This document shows, in pieces, positions 1-22,259 of a stretch of DNA of 64,000 bases (its first letter is position 1; the number at the start of each line of letters is the position of its first letter). The notes beneath the pieces are model-generated. The model was not told where the DNA came from. It saw nothing but the letters and a program-made list of their open reading frames with translations, and did not search any database. Source of the stretch: the human T2T-CHM13v2.0 reference genome, Homo sapiens; NCBI RefSeq assembly GCF_009914755.1, contig NC_060929.1; one strand, 5' to 3'. A program made the position numbers and the translations under genes.

Positions 1-104
1 TTACACCATTGCAAAAGATGCAATATATGTGTAATTGCAGTAACAGAAGAAGAAGAAAGGGAGATCAAAGAAGAGTAAATATTTGAACTATTAGATGCTT
101 AGAG

Positions 105-236
105 TTGCAACTTCTCAGGAGGATGACATAGGAGGATTACTCAAGTCCAGGAGTTCAAGGCTGCAGTGAACTATGATGGTGCCACTGCACTCCAGCCTGG
201 ACAACAAAGCACAGCAGCAATCCCATTTCAAAACAA
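105..236 (+). mobile_element. Alu monomer (FRAM/AluJ right-arm-like)
   Basis: ccaggagttcaaggctgcagtgaactatgat...gccactgcactccagcctgg followed by an A-rich tail. Confidence 0.8.
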
Positions 237-306
237 ACCTCAAAACCACACACACATAGATCCAGGAAACACAGAAAACACAAAGCAGGATAAATTCCAG
301 TTACAA

Positions 307-327
307 ACACACACACACACACACACC
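307..327. repeat. (AC)n microsatellite
   Basis: Direct reading. Confidence 0.9.
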
Positions 328-738
328 TCTAAGCATATTATACTGAAATCAAAGACAAAGTCATGAAAGAAGCCTAAGGAAAAAAAAATCCCTACTTATG
401 GAAAAATAAGAACAAGCATTACAATGAACTTATCAGAAATCATGCATGCCTGAAGAGAATAAAATATTTAAAGCATTAAAAAAATTCACCAACCTAGGAT
501 TCTATATCCAACAAAACTATTCTTCAGAAGGAGGAATAATACTACCTCAAATAAGCAAAAAAATAATATAAGTCCTCTTTGACAGGTAGAACCTATGAGA
601 AATTATAAAGTACTTCAGACAGGAAATTATAAAGTTCATACATTTGAGTTAATATAAAGGATGGTTGGAGAAGGAATAAAGGTAAATTAAATTTTGTATT
701 GATCTTATTTTTAATTTATCTAAAAGATTTTTGTTTAA

Positions 739-5030
<4,292 letters not shown>

Positions 5031-5609
5031 AGACTTATTTTTTTTACTTGTTTACTTGTTTTTATTTGTTTACTTGCTTTTATTGTTTGTTTTTTGCTTT
5101 TTGTTTAGGGGAAGATTTTTGTTTTGTTTTGTTTTGGGGGGGGGTTGGGAGAGGAGATTTGGGTATTTTGTTCTGTTTTGTTTCTAGAAACCTAACACCG
5201 AAAATGTGATGACCTGGCTGAAGTTCAAAAGATGAAAATGTGATGACCGGGCTGGAGTTCAAAAGACAGGTGAAGGAAGATTTGCAATTATTTCAGCAAG
5301 AAGATAAAAGGTCTGTATTAATTTCAACATGTGTTTTTGTGATAGAATACATAGCATTTCATGACCTATTGGTTGAGGAGAAGGAAGTGAAGGGAGAAGA
5401 CTAACTTGTGACTTAGGAACCTATTTTTTGATAGTATAATAAATAAAATAGGGCATTCAGAGGCAAGAAGGGAAGAAGCTTTTAAGAATACAATAAAATT
5501 TTATTTGAGATAGGTGCATGTGAGATGGCTTCCAGGTATCAATGAGGTAATATATGAAAATATGTAGAAACATATGTCGAGTGGACAATTGAAAATAAAT
5601 GTCTGCAAC

Positions 5610-5725
5610 AGTATTAGTTTCATGTTGTTGTTTAACAAATTATTACAAACTTGGTGGCTTAAAGCAACATACATGTGTTATTTCAGCATTTCCATGGGTC
5701 AGGAGTCCAGCACCACTGCTTAGCT
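5610..5725. mobile_element. MLT1-type MaLR LTR fragment
   Basis: taacaaattattacaaacttggtggcttaaagcaac...tgggtcaggagtccagca is typical MLT1 sequence. Confidence 0.65.
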
Positions 5726-6321
5726 AGAGCATAAAAAGCAGAGAGATCACAAACTGATACCTAAATATATGGCAGACAATGCCTGAGGACTCCCTAAAAT
5801 ACATGGCAGTAGGAAATATTGCTGATGGGACTCTGATATTACAGCCATGAGGGTAGGGGCTTGAAACGTGAAAAAATTAGATTTCCTATTAATATGACTT
5901 CATTGCTAACCATATGAGACCCATAATATTTTGGTTACATAAAAAACTGCTGGAAAAAAATAAATATTTTTTTTAAAATAAGAAGGGGAATCAGAGGTGA
6001 TTAAAGTGCTGTTGAAAAGACAAAATGATGAGACACAAACCAGGAATATAATTGTTAAAGAAGACAAAGGACAAAAATGATAAGAAAGTGATATTACCTT
6101 AGCTTCTACAGAGTGATTAAATAGAATGCTAGGTGAGTCCGCTTCCAAAAGCACTGTTCTATAGGTCTTACCAATAGTAAGCCTTTAGTATGGGGAGCTG
6201 GTTACACAGATGATAAAAAGCTGAAAAGCCAAATAAAACAAGGTGAGACAACCAAAAGATCAGCCACTTCAAGAAGCCCCTACTATCCCTAAGGTTAAAA
6301 GGACAGCAGGGAGAGGTAGTG

Positions 6322-6697
6322 TTATTATAATACAAAAATATTATAAACTGGATGGCTTAAACAACAGAAATTGTTTCTGTATTTCTCACAGATTTGGAGA
6401 CTGTGAAGTTTAAGATTCGACAACCAGCATGGTCGGTGAGGGTCCTCTTCGTAGTTTGCGGATGGCCTTCTGCTTATATCGTCACATAGTGGAGGGGAAG
6501 AAAGAGAGGAAGAGCCAGAGAGCCAGAGAGAGGGTCCCCCCTGTCTCTTGTTAGAAGGAGACTAATTCTATTGTGAGGGCTCCACCCTCATGACCTAATT
6601 ACCTCCCAAACGCCCCCCCATCTCCAAAACCATCACATTAAGAATTAGAGTTTCAAAATGTGAATTTTGAGAAGAGATGCCCGTTCAGCCTATAACA
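6322..6697. mobile_element. MLT1A/MST-type MaLR solo LTR, apparently nested in an older LTR-like element (~6150-6960)
   Basis: aaactggatggcttaaacaacagaaat...gagggctccaccctcatgacctaattacctcccaaa...ttcagcctataaca. Confidence 0.8.
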
Positions 6698-7737
6698 CGT
6701 TGGAAAGTGGAACTGTAGGGGAGGAACTCTATCTGGCATCGGAGCCATGGAGGAAACTCAGTAGCTGCTGCAGGTGCTGCTTAAGACAGAAGGAGACAGT
6801 GATATCAACTCTCCACCTTCCACCAGGGCTTCCCACTGGCCCGAGCTACCCGGAAACACATAGGCAATCCTGGGAAAGGCATCCTTTTTCATGGAGGGGT
6901 TTGTTAGAGAAGGGAGAAGGGAAAAGGAAGGAGCCTGAGGTATAGAGCTGATGAAGCCCAGAGGAAGACTGGAAAGAGGCCATTTTCAGTTTGAAATCTC
7001 TATATTTAACATAAACAATCTTCAAATTTTAGATAAGAACATTGTTGCAATAATGTGACTGGCCTGAGTACAACTGAGGTGAGATTAAAACATGAAATTC
7101 TTGTTCATACATGACTTCAGAAATCAGTCTTTCTAGTCTCATTTTATTTCAAACTAACAGTCCTGTAAGAAACAAAATTATTTTCTAAGAAGTAATTAAA
7201 ATCATGCAGTTGATTAAATAAAAGGAGACTAGAAAATAAGCACAATTTTACTATAGTGAGCTTTTGAATTTGGTCCAAAAATGTATCCATGGGGAAAACA
7301 CATTTGCTATAAATTAATCCCCAATGTGCTTTAAACGAAAATTATTTCCAAACAAATCCAGTTTATAAAAGGTCATTGAACTTTCCCTTTGATAAAATAC
7401 TCATTTCCTTAAACACTGCTGCTAAGTGTTCATGGAAAAAAAAACTGAACATGGAATCTGGAATAGCATCTAATTGAAACAGAGGCCAAGTGCCAAGGCT
7501 GTATATCCCTCACTGCCATTAATTGCTTATGCAAACTTTGGTAAATTAATTACCAAAGGATGTCTCAGCTCTGACTTGTAGTACTTAAGAATAAATATTC
7601 CTGTCCCATTAATCACACAGTTGTATTAAGGTTCAAAATAATTTGATGTTTATAAAGTACAACATGTAAAAAGTTAATAAAGTACAACATTGTAAAATTA
7701 AAAATGACTAAGTCATAAAATAGCGACAATCATTCAA

Positions 7738-8360
7738 AATGGGAATGTAAATTAGTTCATCCCCTATGGTAGACAGTATGGATATTTCTCAAAGAACTAA
7801 CAATAGAATTACCATTTCATCCAGCAGTCCCACTACTGGGTATCTGCCAAGGGAAAAGAAATTGTTTTATCAAAAAGACACCATATTCCTATGTTTATCA
7901 CAGCATTATTCACAATAGAAAAGTCATAGAATCAACCTAAGCATCCATCAGTGGTGGAATGGATAAAAGAAATGTGGTACATAGGCACCATGGTATACTA
8001 AGCAGCCATAATAAAGAATTAAATCATGTCCTTCGCAGCAACATGGATACAGCTAGAGGCCATTATCCTAAATGAACTAACTCAGAAACAAAAAATAAAA
8101 TATTTCATGTCCTCATTTATAAGTGGGAGCTAAACAATGGGTACACATTAACATAAAAATGAAAACAATAGATAGTGGGGACTTCAAAAGTAGGGATAGC
8201 AGAACAGGGTGAGGATGAAAAATTTGCCTATTAAGTACAGTATTATGTTAATTATTTGCGTGATGGGGTCACTAGAAGCCTAAACCCAGCACTACACAAT
8301 ATATCCATGTAACAAATCTGCACATGTACTCCCTGAATCTGTAATTTTAATAATAAGAAG
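7738..8360 (+). mobile_element. L1PB-type 3' end
   Basis: gggaatgtaaattagttca...aagtgggagctaaacaatg...gtaacaaatctgcacatgtactccctgaatct. Confidence 0.85.
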
Positions 8361-9884
8361 AACTCTTTAACAAACTTCTAAAATAATGTAGTGTACATTC
8401 GCTGTTTATTGCAGAAGGAGCTTTCAGGAGAATTGCTTATATAAATTAATTGAACTGAAAAAAAAACTTCAGTAAAGTGATTCTCTAGAATATTGTAGAC
8501 ATTAAAATTTGCTTTCAAAAATCCCAGAACTTTGGAACTAACCAAATTTATCCTATTTGCCAGTTAAGTGTTGAAAATATTAACTGTATAATAATATAAC
8601 AATTATTATTTTTATTATTATTTGTTTATTAATTTTGTTTGTTGTGGCTTTTTTAAAGTCAGGCACAATTATTTTTTGAAATATCATCAATGTTATTATC
8701 AACCCTTGAGACTGAGGGAAATGAAAACAATGAACTAGTTAAATTGAAGAGATCCTTCCGATATTGAATAATTATTAAATACATAGAAATTGCATAGGGA
8801 ATAAAAACAGTTCTGTATCACTTGACAATATTATCTTATTTTAGTCTAAGACAATAACAAAAAGAAAAGATTTCCTAACAGATAAATAAACTAATATATT
8901 AATAATATATAAAGGAAACAAAGATTAACTAGGCACTCCTGCTAAACACTATAGAGGCAATACATTAACAGAAGGGTCAAGGAACACCAAGAGCCCAAAT
9001 TCCAACCAGTGATGTTCATAGATGGGCTTGTAAGTCCCATGCCAAGACTCCAGCAATAAATACATTTCCATTTATTAAACCATATTATGTAAACATCAAC
9101 ATTACTTAAATAATATAATCTGATCCCTCTTAGTATATATTTACCCTTCTTTTTCTGACATCTAAAGTAGTTGGCATTTCCCATTATATTCTATCTTATT
9201 TTATAGCATTATTCTTCAAATATTTGATGACAGAACTGTTTTGTGTGTGGGTTTTCTTATGTTTTGCTTTATTCCAAATTATCATCTTAAGCAAGATGTT
9301 CTTTGAAAAACATTTCGGGAATACATTTTTTAAACCATTGGTATACTTGTCTGTGGGCTGCTTTGCAAATACACTCATTGAAAAAAATGTGACATGCCTT
9401 ACTCATTGGTGTATGTATAATGTTGTGCCTAGCACAGTGCGTTGTACACAAAAGATAATAGTTACTTAAAAATATGAGTCAAGGAATTCTGCTCCTTATT
9501 TGGAGAATTTGGTAGACACAGTATTTTGAGATATGACAATTTAATGTCTAAAAAGACTAAGAACTTCAAAAAACTACCATGTAAGAATGAAAAGCATAAT
9601 ACAAAGAATATTAGTTTAAACTTAAAGGACTTAAAAACTATAAGATTTTTTAAAATGTAGTTTAATGCCACCATTTAATTAATAAAATAAAACATTATTT
9701 TTATTTTTGATGCTTTATTTATAGATTGGTTATAAACTAGTTAAGTTTTACAGATTTTATTTTAATTTAAAAATATAGGGTGAAAAGTTTCAAGACTTCT
9801 ATTTTGTTTTAATTTACGGATATTGGGTATGGAATAAAGAATGAAGAATTCAGTATTAAGAACTGTGGCATTCCGATGCTCTCT

Positions 9885-10260
9885 CCAATATGGCTAAAAT
9901 TGTAAGGACTGAAAATACCAAGTGTTGGTGAGCATGTGAGCAAAATGCTCATGCATTGATGGGAGAAGGGAAGCTAGTACAACCACTTTGGAAACTACTT
10001 CAGTATCTAAAAAATATAAACATAATCTACATCTCAAAAATTCCATCTCAGGATATATGTCCAATGAAAATAAGTGCATATGTCCACCACACAATATGGA
10101 CAATTCGTAATAGTAAAAACAGGAATAACAAGAATATCCATTAAAATAAAATAAATACATTATTATTTATTATTCATGCAAGAAATTCTAAACAACAAAG
10201 AAAAAGAATGAACTACTGCTATATATAATGACACAGAGAAATTTTACAGACATAATGTCA
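9885..10260 (+). mobile_element. Ancient L1M (ME/MC-type) 3' fragment
   Basis: aataccaagtgttggtgag...tagtacaaccactttggaaac...aaaaagaatgaactactgcta. Confidence 0.7.
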
Positions 10261-11340
10261 TGTCTGTGACATGACCAAACAGACTAGCCCTCCCATTGTA
10301 AAAAACTCTATTCTCAAAATAGCTGATGTAACTTCTCAGAGGTTGGACAGCAGACAGCAAACAACTGTGATCTAAAAACAAGGAGGAAAATGAGATGAGC
10401 CCCTAAACTGCCCCATGACTATCCATACCCTGTGGAGTCTGCACAGATAGTCAGTGGTTATCTCACTAAGCCCAGGGGACAGAAATTGGAATTTAGGGCT
10501 ACTGAGAAGGTTGCAATTTGCTAGCAGGATACCAGAGAAAAAGGATCTCCAAGAAAGGAGGAGGTCTAATGAAGATGATTAGATGATTGATCATCTAAAC
10601 TGGAACACTGGAGAGGCAAGGAAGAGATAAGCTATTAATAATTATGCCAGGATGAAACATATGAATAGGACCTGTCTTTGGCAGGTAGGTATAATCAACC
10701 CACAACCACATTCTCCTTGCTATCACCAAGGGATTTCTGTTGAAGATGGGTTCTAAATAGTTTTCTGGAACACACAGTTTGCCTTTGTTCTGCCAGCCCC
10801 ACAGAGACCACGGTAGTGCCTCTTTCACACTCTATTTTCAGGGTGCAAATAGTTCTTTTTGCATACATGCAGCAGCTTCTCCAAACCTTTAGCATCAGTC
10901 ACATATTTCACCTAATCAGTTTCTATGAACACTTTTAGAAAGTGGTGATGGCTCAAATTCTGAAAATACAGTAAAAACAGTAAACTATACATTTTTAAAA
11001 GGTGAATTTCGTGGTATGTGGATTATATGTCAATTAAGCTTTAAAAAATATATTGCACTGAACATAAGACACAAACTCAAACATTTCACCAGGTAACTTC
11101 AGTTTGGGAACCTTATGTAATCTCCACCTGAGTCATGCTCCTGTAAATTTGGATCTCAGAAAGTGCCAGTGAAAAATCAGAATTTCTCTCCTATAAGGCG
11201 GGCCCTAAGCTTCATATGCAAATTAGTTCATGATGATTTCTGTATACCAAGAAGTGTGTAACAGTAGTTTTCAAACCTTAGTATATATTCATTAGAAATA
11301 TCTGGAGGACTTATTAAAGAACAGCTAGGAGGTAGTGGGA

Positions 11341-11352
11341 GCCAAGATGGCC
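11341..11352 (+). promoter_or_regulatory. YY1 site of the L1 internal promoter
   Basis: gccaagatggcc at the L1 5' end; established YY1 site. Confidence 0.8.
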
Positions 11353-11596
11353 GAATAGGAACAGCTCCAGTCTACAGCTCCCAGCGTAAGCGACGCAGAA
11401 GATGGGTGATTTCTGCATTTCCATCTGAGGTACCAGGTTCATCTCACTAGGGAGTGCCAGACAGTGGGCTCAGGTCAGTGGGTGCACGCACCATTCACGA
11501 GCCGAAGCAGGGAGAGGCATTGCCTCACTGGAGAAGCGCAATGGGTCAGGGAGTTCCTTTTCCTAGTCAAAGAAAGGGGTGAGAGCACCTGGAAAA

Positions 11597-11779
11597 TCAG
11601 GTCACTCCCACCTGAATACTGCGCTTTTCCAATGGGCTTAAAAAACGGTGCACCACGAGATTATATCCCGCACCTGGCTCGGAGGCTCCTGTGCCCACGG
11701 AGTCTCCCTGATTGCTAGCACAGCAGTCTGAGGTCAAACTGCAAGGCGGCAGCAAGGCTGGGGGAGGGGCGCCCGCCAT
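11597..11779 (-). pseudogene. LINE-1 antisense ORF0, truncated at 60 aa
   Basis: MAGAPPPALLPPCSLTSDCCASNQ... matches the ORF0 peptide encoded antisense in primate L1 5'UTRs; stops after VGVT at TGA. Confidence 0.85.
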
Positions 11780-12233
11780 TGCGCAGGCTTGCTTAGGTAA
11801 ACAAAGCAGCCAGGAAGCTCAAACTGGGTGGAGCCCATCACAGCTCAAGGAGGCCTGCCTGCCTCTGTAGGCTCCACCTCTGGGGGCAGGGCACAGACAA
11901 ACAAAAAGACAGCAGTAACCTCTGCAGACTGAAATGTCCTTCTCTGTCAGCTTTGAAGAGAGCAGTGGTTCTCCCAGCATGCAGCTGGAGATCTGAGAAC
12001 GGGCAGACTGCCTCCTCAAGTGGGTCCCTGATGCCTGACCCCCGAGCAGAATAACTGGGAGGCACCCCACAGCAGGGGCAGACTGACACCTCACACGGCC
12101 AGGCACTCCAACAGAGCTGCAGCTGAGGGTCCTGTCTGCTAGAAAGAAAACTAACAAACAGAAAGGACATCCACACCAAAACCCATCTGTACATCACCAT
12201 CATCAAAGACCAAAAGTAGATAAAACCACAAAG

Positions 12234-13246
12234 ATGGGGAAAAAACAGAGCAGAAAAACTGGAAACTCTAAAAAGCAGAGCGCCTCTCCTCCTCCAAAGG
12301 ACCACAGTTCCTCACCAGCAATGGAACAAAGCTGGACGGAGAATGACTTTGACGAGCTGAGAGAAGGCTTCAGATGATCAAATTACTCCAAGCTATGGGA
12401 AGACATTCAAACCAAAGGCAAAGAAGTTGAAAACTTTGAAAAAAATTTAGAAGAATGTATAACTACAATAACCAATAGAGAGAAGTTCTTAAAGGAGCTG
12501 ATGGAGCTGAAAACAAAGGCTCGAGAACTACGTGAAGAATGCAGAAGCCTCAGGAGCCAATATGATCAACTGGAAGAAAGGGTATCAGCGATGGAAGATG
12601 AAATGAAGGAAATAAAGTGAGAAGGGAAGTTTAGAGAAGAAAGAATAGAAAGAAACGAACAAAGACTCCAAGAAATATGGGACTATGTGAAAAGACCAAA
12701 TCTACGTCTGATTGGTGTACCTGAAACTGACGGGAGAATGGAAGCAAGTTGGAAAACACTCTGCCTGATATTATCCAGGAGAACCTCCCCAATCTAGTAA
12801 GGCAGGCCAACGTTCAGATTCAGGAAATACAGAGAATGCCACAAAGATACTACTCGAGAAGAGCAATTGCAAGACACAAAATTGTCAGATTCACCAAAGT
12901 TGAAGTGAAGGAAAAAATGTTAAGGGCAGCCAGAGAGAAAGGTTGGCTTACCCTCAAAGGGAAGCCCATCAGACTAACAGCGGATCTCTTGGCAAAAACT
13001 CTACAAGCCAGAAGAGAGTGGGGGCCAATATTCAACATTCTTAAAAAAAAGAATTTTCAACCCACAATTTCATATCCAGCCAAACTAAGCTTCATAAGTG
13101 AAGGAGAAACAAAATACTTTACAGACAAGCAAATGCTGAGAGATTTTGTCACCATCAGGCCTGCCCTAAAAGAGCTCCTGAAGGAAGTGCTAAACATGGA
13201 AAGGAAAAACTGGTACCAGCTGCTGGAAAATTATGCCAAAATGTAA
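12234..13246 (+). pseudogene. L1 ORF1p, disrupted
   Basis: ATG gggaaaaaacag at 12234; frameshifts and stops upstream; intact C-terminal 165 aa (…ARREWGPIFNILK…YPAKLSF…). Confidence 0.93.
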
Positions 13247-13309
13247 AGACCATTGAGACTAGGAAGAAACTGCATCAACCAACGAGCAAAATAACCAGCT
13301 AACATCATA

Positions 13310-17148
<3,839 letters not shown>

Positions 17149-18167
17149 ACAATGAGAACACATGGACACAGGAAGGGGAACATCACACTCTGGGGACTGT
17201 TGTGGGGTGGGGGGAGGGGGTGGGATAGCACTGGGATATATACCTAATGCTAGATGAGGAATTAGTGGGTGCAGCGCAGCAGCATGGCACACGTATACAT
17301 ATGTAACTAACCTGCACATTGTGCACAAGTACCCTTAATCTTAGAGTATAATAATAATAAATTTTAAAAAATCAAAACAAACAAACAAAAAAAACAGCTA
17401 GTTTCTGATCCCACAGGTCTGGGAGGGGTTTCAAAGTTTGCAATACTAACAAATTCTCAAGTAATGCTTACACTGCTCTTCCAGGAGCTACACTTTGAAA
17501 ATCATGCTAAGCCTTCATGTACCAAAAAATAAGCCATTAAATACAAAAGATCACTTATACTCTTCTGCCAGGTGCCTATTTGTCTTATATTTGCAAAACC
17601 AACAGCCTTCCTGGGCTCAGGTGACCCTTCTCCATATCAAAAGAAAAAATTTCAGCATCTCTAAATTATAATATTAAAATTGAACCTGTAAAAGAGGAGA
17701 AACATATTTCAGGTGATAAACAAGAAATTCAACCTTGTGGTGACATTGCAACATCTAGGAGGAAATGTTGTTGGATGTTGATGGTTTAGGTGAGAGGAAA
17801 GTAGTTAATAGTTCAGATTTTTGAGTGAGACTTTCTTGGGAGTAGTGCTTCAGTGAAGGACAACTGATAACAAGGGTCTATGCTTATAGGAAGCTCCAAA
17901 ATTAGGGGAGGAAGAAAAGTTAAGAAGGAATCAAGAGAGTGGGTAATTTAGAAGCAAATGCAGAGTAGGATGGTGCTAGGAACGCAGGCAAAGCCATGTT
18001 AACAAGGCAGACAGCAGTGTAAAAGGCAGAAGAAAAGTATGGTCTGAAAAGGGAGTCTTGGATTTTTAAAAGACAGAACAAGGTAATTTTGGAGCTGGCA
18101 ACAATCTAAATGATGATATAAGGCAAAGTTTTTTTAAAAATTTGCCCATTTCCCTTAGTTAGAGATG

Positions 18168-18254
18168 CAGTTTACATGTCAACAATACAAGTTATATGTC
18201 AACAATACAGTTTATATGTCAACAATACAGTTCACATGTCAACCATACAAGTTA
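18168..18254. repeat. Minisatellite, 20-bp unit x ~4.3
   Basis: cagtttatatgtcaacaata-like unit repeated in tandem. Confidence 0.9.
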
Positions 18255-18267
18255 AACAGTAAAGTGA

Positions 18268-18614
<347 letters not shown>

Positions 18615-19164
18615 TAAAGTGAAAGTTTTTTAAAGAAATGCACGTCTCTATTTTCTACTTCATTTGGTCAAGTAATGGGTCATGACATGAACTTGAAAAA
18701 CCACTGTTCTAGGTTAGCCTACTCGTTTCACTGAGGAAAGTAAGGCTGAAAGTATACAGGACCATAGCAAATCCAATATTCACATGAAGGATCCTGACTT
18801 CTAGTCTACTGTAAGGCCAAGTTAATCAACCTAGGGAAGGCATTTTTCATGGCCTTGAGTTTATAAAACACCTCAGCCTTAAATGCTTTTCATATTTTAG
18901 CCTTTGAATGTTTATTGTTGTGACAATGTATATAAACATTGAGATTTCTGTTCCACCTACCACAAAAATTACTCTATTAAAAATACAAGAATATAGTTTA
19001 TAAGTACACTAGCTTGATTCCAGGTACCATTGATTTTGTTTGTCTACTTAATTGTGTTTTCCAAGTATTAGCTCTGGACCTCCTAACAGGCAGCCTTCAC
19101 TAATCCCTGAGAGTTCTGATCCTTTGCTCTTTTCACTCTATTGCTCTAGTACCCAATTGCCTGG

Positions 19165-19440
19165 CAAGAAGAATAGAGTAGAAATGCTGGAGTCCAAGAA
19201 ATCTGGTTCAAAAATAATTTGTGCAATTTTTAGCTGGACATATTGGACAGGTCCTCTTTTCTCTGTGATCTCTGTTTTTCTCATGTTTAAAATCTAAATA
19301 ACACAGTCAATTTCATGTTATATCTAAATGAAATACTGCAATAGAGTACTGCACAAACATGCAATTATTTATTCTCTTACCCAGACAAGGCAGCTCAGTG
19401 CCTGGCATAAAGTGTCATTCAATAAACATAGTTACCTACG
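19165..19440 (+). mobile_element. MIR fragment followed by an L2 3' end
   Basis: tctgtttttctcatgtttaaaat (MIR core); cagtgcctggcata...ttcaataaacat (L2 tail). Confidence 0.55.
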
Positions 19441-22259
19441 CTCATTTCTACATCCCTCCAAGGTACTGCTCTCCCAACAATTAAGTCCTGTTCTAAATTC
19501 AGTCTTATGCCTCTACTGTTACACCTATGCCAAAGCTAGCATGAATGATTTGAGAGTCTACCGAAGGGAAAAAAATCTGGTTTTCTCTGAACAACACATC
19601 CATCCAGGAGACTTATCATTAGAAAAACCAGTAAAGAGAGGATCAGAGCTAGCTGAAAATAATTTTTCAACATGGTAAATAGGTATTATGAGATTTTCCC
19701 TTTGAAATGACTTGGTTTAAACCTCTCTTTATATATAGCGCTTCACAATAGTTGATATTTTACATTTGTTTATTGATCTAACCCTTCCTATCCAACTGTA
19801 AACATCTTGAGGGCAAGGTCTGTGTCCTCTTTTTCTTAGAATTCTCTCATGGCATTCATCTCAACTGTCTTCCTACAAAAAACTATTGTGTGTGTTGCAC
19901 CAGTAAGATTGGGTTTTATACAGGTTTAGGGTGAAGTATGGTACATAAAGGTTTTCCCTCTGAAATCCATGCTGTTCTTAGCAGAGAGCAGTGAGTAACC
20001 AGTCCATTATAGGAATGAACAAACAGCCTGCATTCTGTAAAAGTTTCCAAGGAAATACTACCTATAGGGTCTTCTCAGTAGAGATTTAGGCAAACAGACT
20101 AAAAATAAAACCAGTGCTACAGTCCCTCTCTCCCAACAGCTTCAAGAACGTGCTTTGATTTGAAACAGATAGATTTGCTTTGAGCACAATACTCCTGACG
20201 GCCAAAACATAACACAAATATTCTTTCTGATACTTTAGAATACCCAAGGCCCACGATTCAGGAAAAACACCTGTAAAAAAATGACATCAACTCTATAAAA
20301 GTTTCCAAAATAAAATTGCTAATGCTGTTTAGCTTGATTCATGTAAATATTTTTAAGGGAAACATTCTAGACTCCTTTTCATACCTCAGGACTATAATAA
20401 ATCAGATATAAAAAGACTATAAGTCCCTAGAATTCAGTTGATAATTTTTAAATATCTATTTTAAGCTGTTTACAGATCGCAGAATTCTCAGATAGAGGCC
20501 TCATCTGATTTCTTCCTTGTAATCATTCTGGGAGATACTACCGTTTTACTTATATTTCATAGATGAGGAAACTGAGTGAAGTGATTTTTCTACAGTCATC
20601 ACCCAAGGTCAATGCTTCCACATTTTGAACTGTTTTTTATTCTTTAAATCATGCAGTTTCTCTACAGTTCTTTGGTACTATAGTGTTTTAATTTTCCTTT
20701 ATTCTATCTTGGTGTCCAAGGAAAATTTTGCTTATGAGGTACTTTCCTCTAGCATAGTTACCATGTGATGGCAAATTCCACCTTGAATCAGAGCAGTAGG
20801 AAAAATAACAAAGGAAGAATCACAAAGAGCATCTGCTGATGATAACAAAGGCTATAGAGAGGCTGGAATGGAAAATTCTGGGAACAAGGATGGCGCTTCC
20901 CTTAAAAGCTACACAGCACTTTATGCATGGATTTTTAACAATTTTTCTTTCAGTCATCGGGACATGACAATGATCTAGAATGTAGAACTGTAGTAAGCAA
21001 TTTTAGGTGAGCTATTGGTAAAAAATTACCTGAGAGTTAGCATGTGCTACCACAATTTATATACAACCTGAAAATTTTATGATACAGCGTTAAATAAGAA
21101 TGGCTTAGCTAAATAGTGTGTGTAAGCAATAACCTTCCACTGTCTTTATGTCTTCACAATAGCAGCAGATACCTACCAGGATTGACTCATGCCATTCTGT
21201 CTTAATGGGTCTGCTTTCACAAGTTTTTCTATTGCTTCAATAATGCGAATCCAACTATATTCCTTTGCCTTAATTAAGTTTTTTCAATTACATTCTAAAT
21301 CTTACATGTTTCATGCCAATTTCCATAACTATCAGCTTTAATGTGACACTTTAGAAAACAGAATTTCAAATATCAAATATGCATTCCATATTTCTTTAAA
21401 AAAAACTGTTCCAATACTGAGTTTCCAGATTCATTTATTTGATCAAAAATTTAGTAATAAGCTGGTATTTTTTAAAAGCCTAAAGTTATTTGGGAAGCAA
21501 TTGGGGAAATTTTAATTATGAACTAGAAGTTAGGTGATAGGAAATTATATTAATTTTGTTAGGTATCATTGTAAAATTGTGGCTTGTAGACAAAAGTATG
21601 TTTAGGAAATATTGAAGTATTTCTAGGTAAAGTGTAATGATACATGATGCTTATTTATTATGATTTCAATAAAAAATTATGTGTATGTATAGAGAGATAG
21701 ATGTATTTTATGGCAATCTATAAACATCTATAGATATATATCTATATCTATCTGTATATGATAGAGTGCTGCATATTTATAGATGACAATAACAATTAAG
21801 CAAATAATAGAAAGTATAAAACATTAAATGTAGGTTGCCGTTACTGTGCTAACTGTATCAGTTTTGTGGATATGTATTAATTGTATCAATTTTGCATCTT
21901 TTCTGTATATTTGCATATCTTCATATTAAAATGTTGGGGGAAAAATGATTCTGTCCTACTTGCCTGGGCAAAGGCACTTGAAGTTGCAAAAAGAATAAAA
22001 CTAAGTCCCTGGCTTCATAGTTCAATAGTCTAATTAAAGATACATAAATATATATAATCACTGTAATTTGTATTGCACTAGTAGTAAGGAGCAAAATCTT
22101 GAGAGCACAGAAGAGGAAGAGAATAATTTTACTTAAAGACATCAGACAAACACTTCTCAAAGGGACTGATGCATATACAGGGGTTAAAAACAACACACAA
22201 CCAGGGAGAGCATGTAGGGGCACAACTGCAGAAACACGAAACAGCACACTCAGAGGGAT

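Noticed and set aside
17200-17225. G-quadruplex-like tracts (also ~3820, ~29580, ~38350, ~55515)
   Set aside because: Standard L1 3'UTR polypurine tract.
18168-18254. CRISPR-like array
   Set aside because: Head-to-tail repeats without spacers, in eukaryotic DNA.
20954-21006. Small exon (ttttctttcag ... ttttag|gtgag)
   Set aside because: Splice-like motifs only; no partner exons or recognisable coding content.
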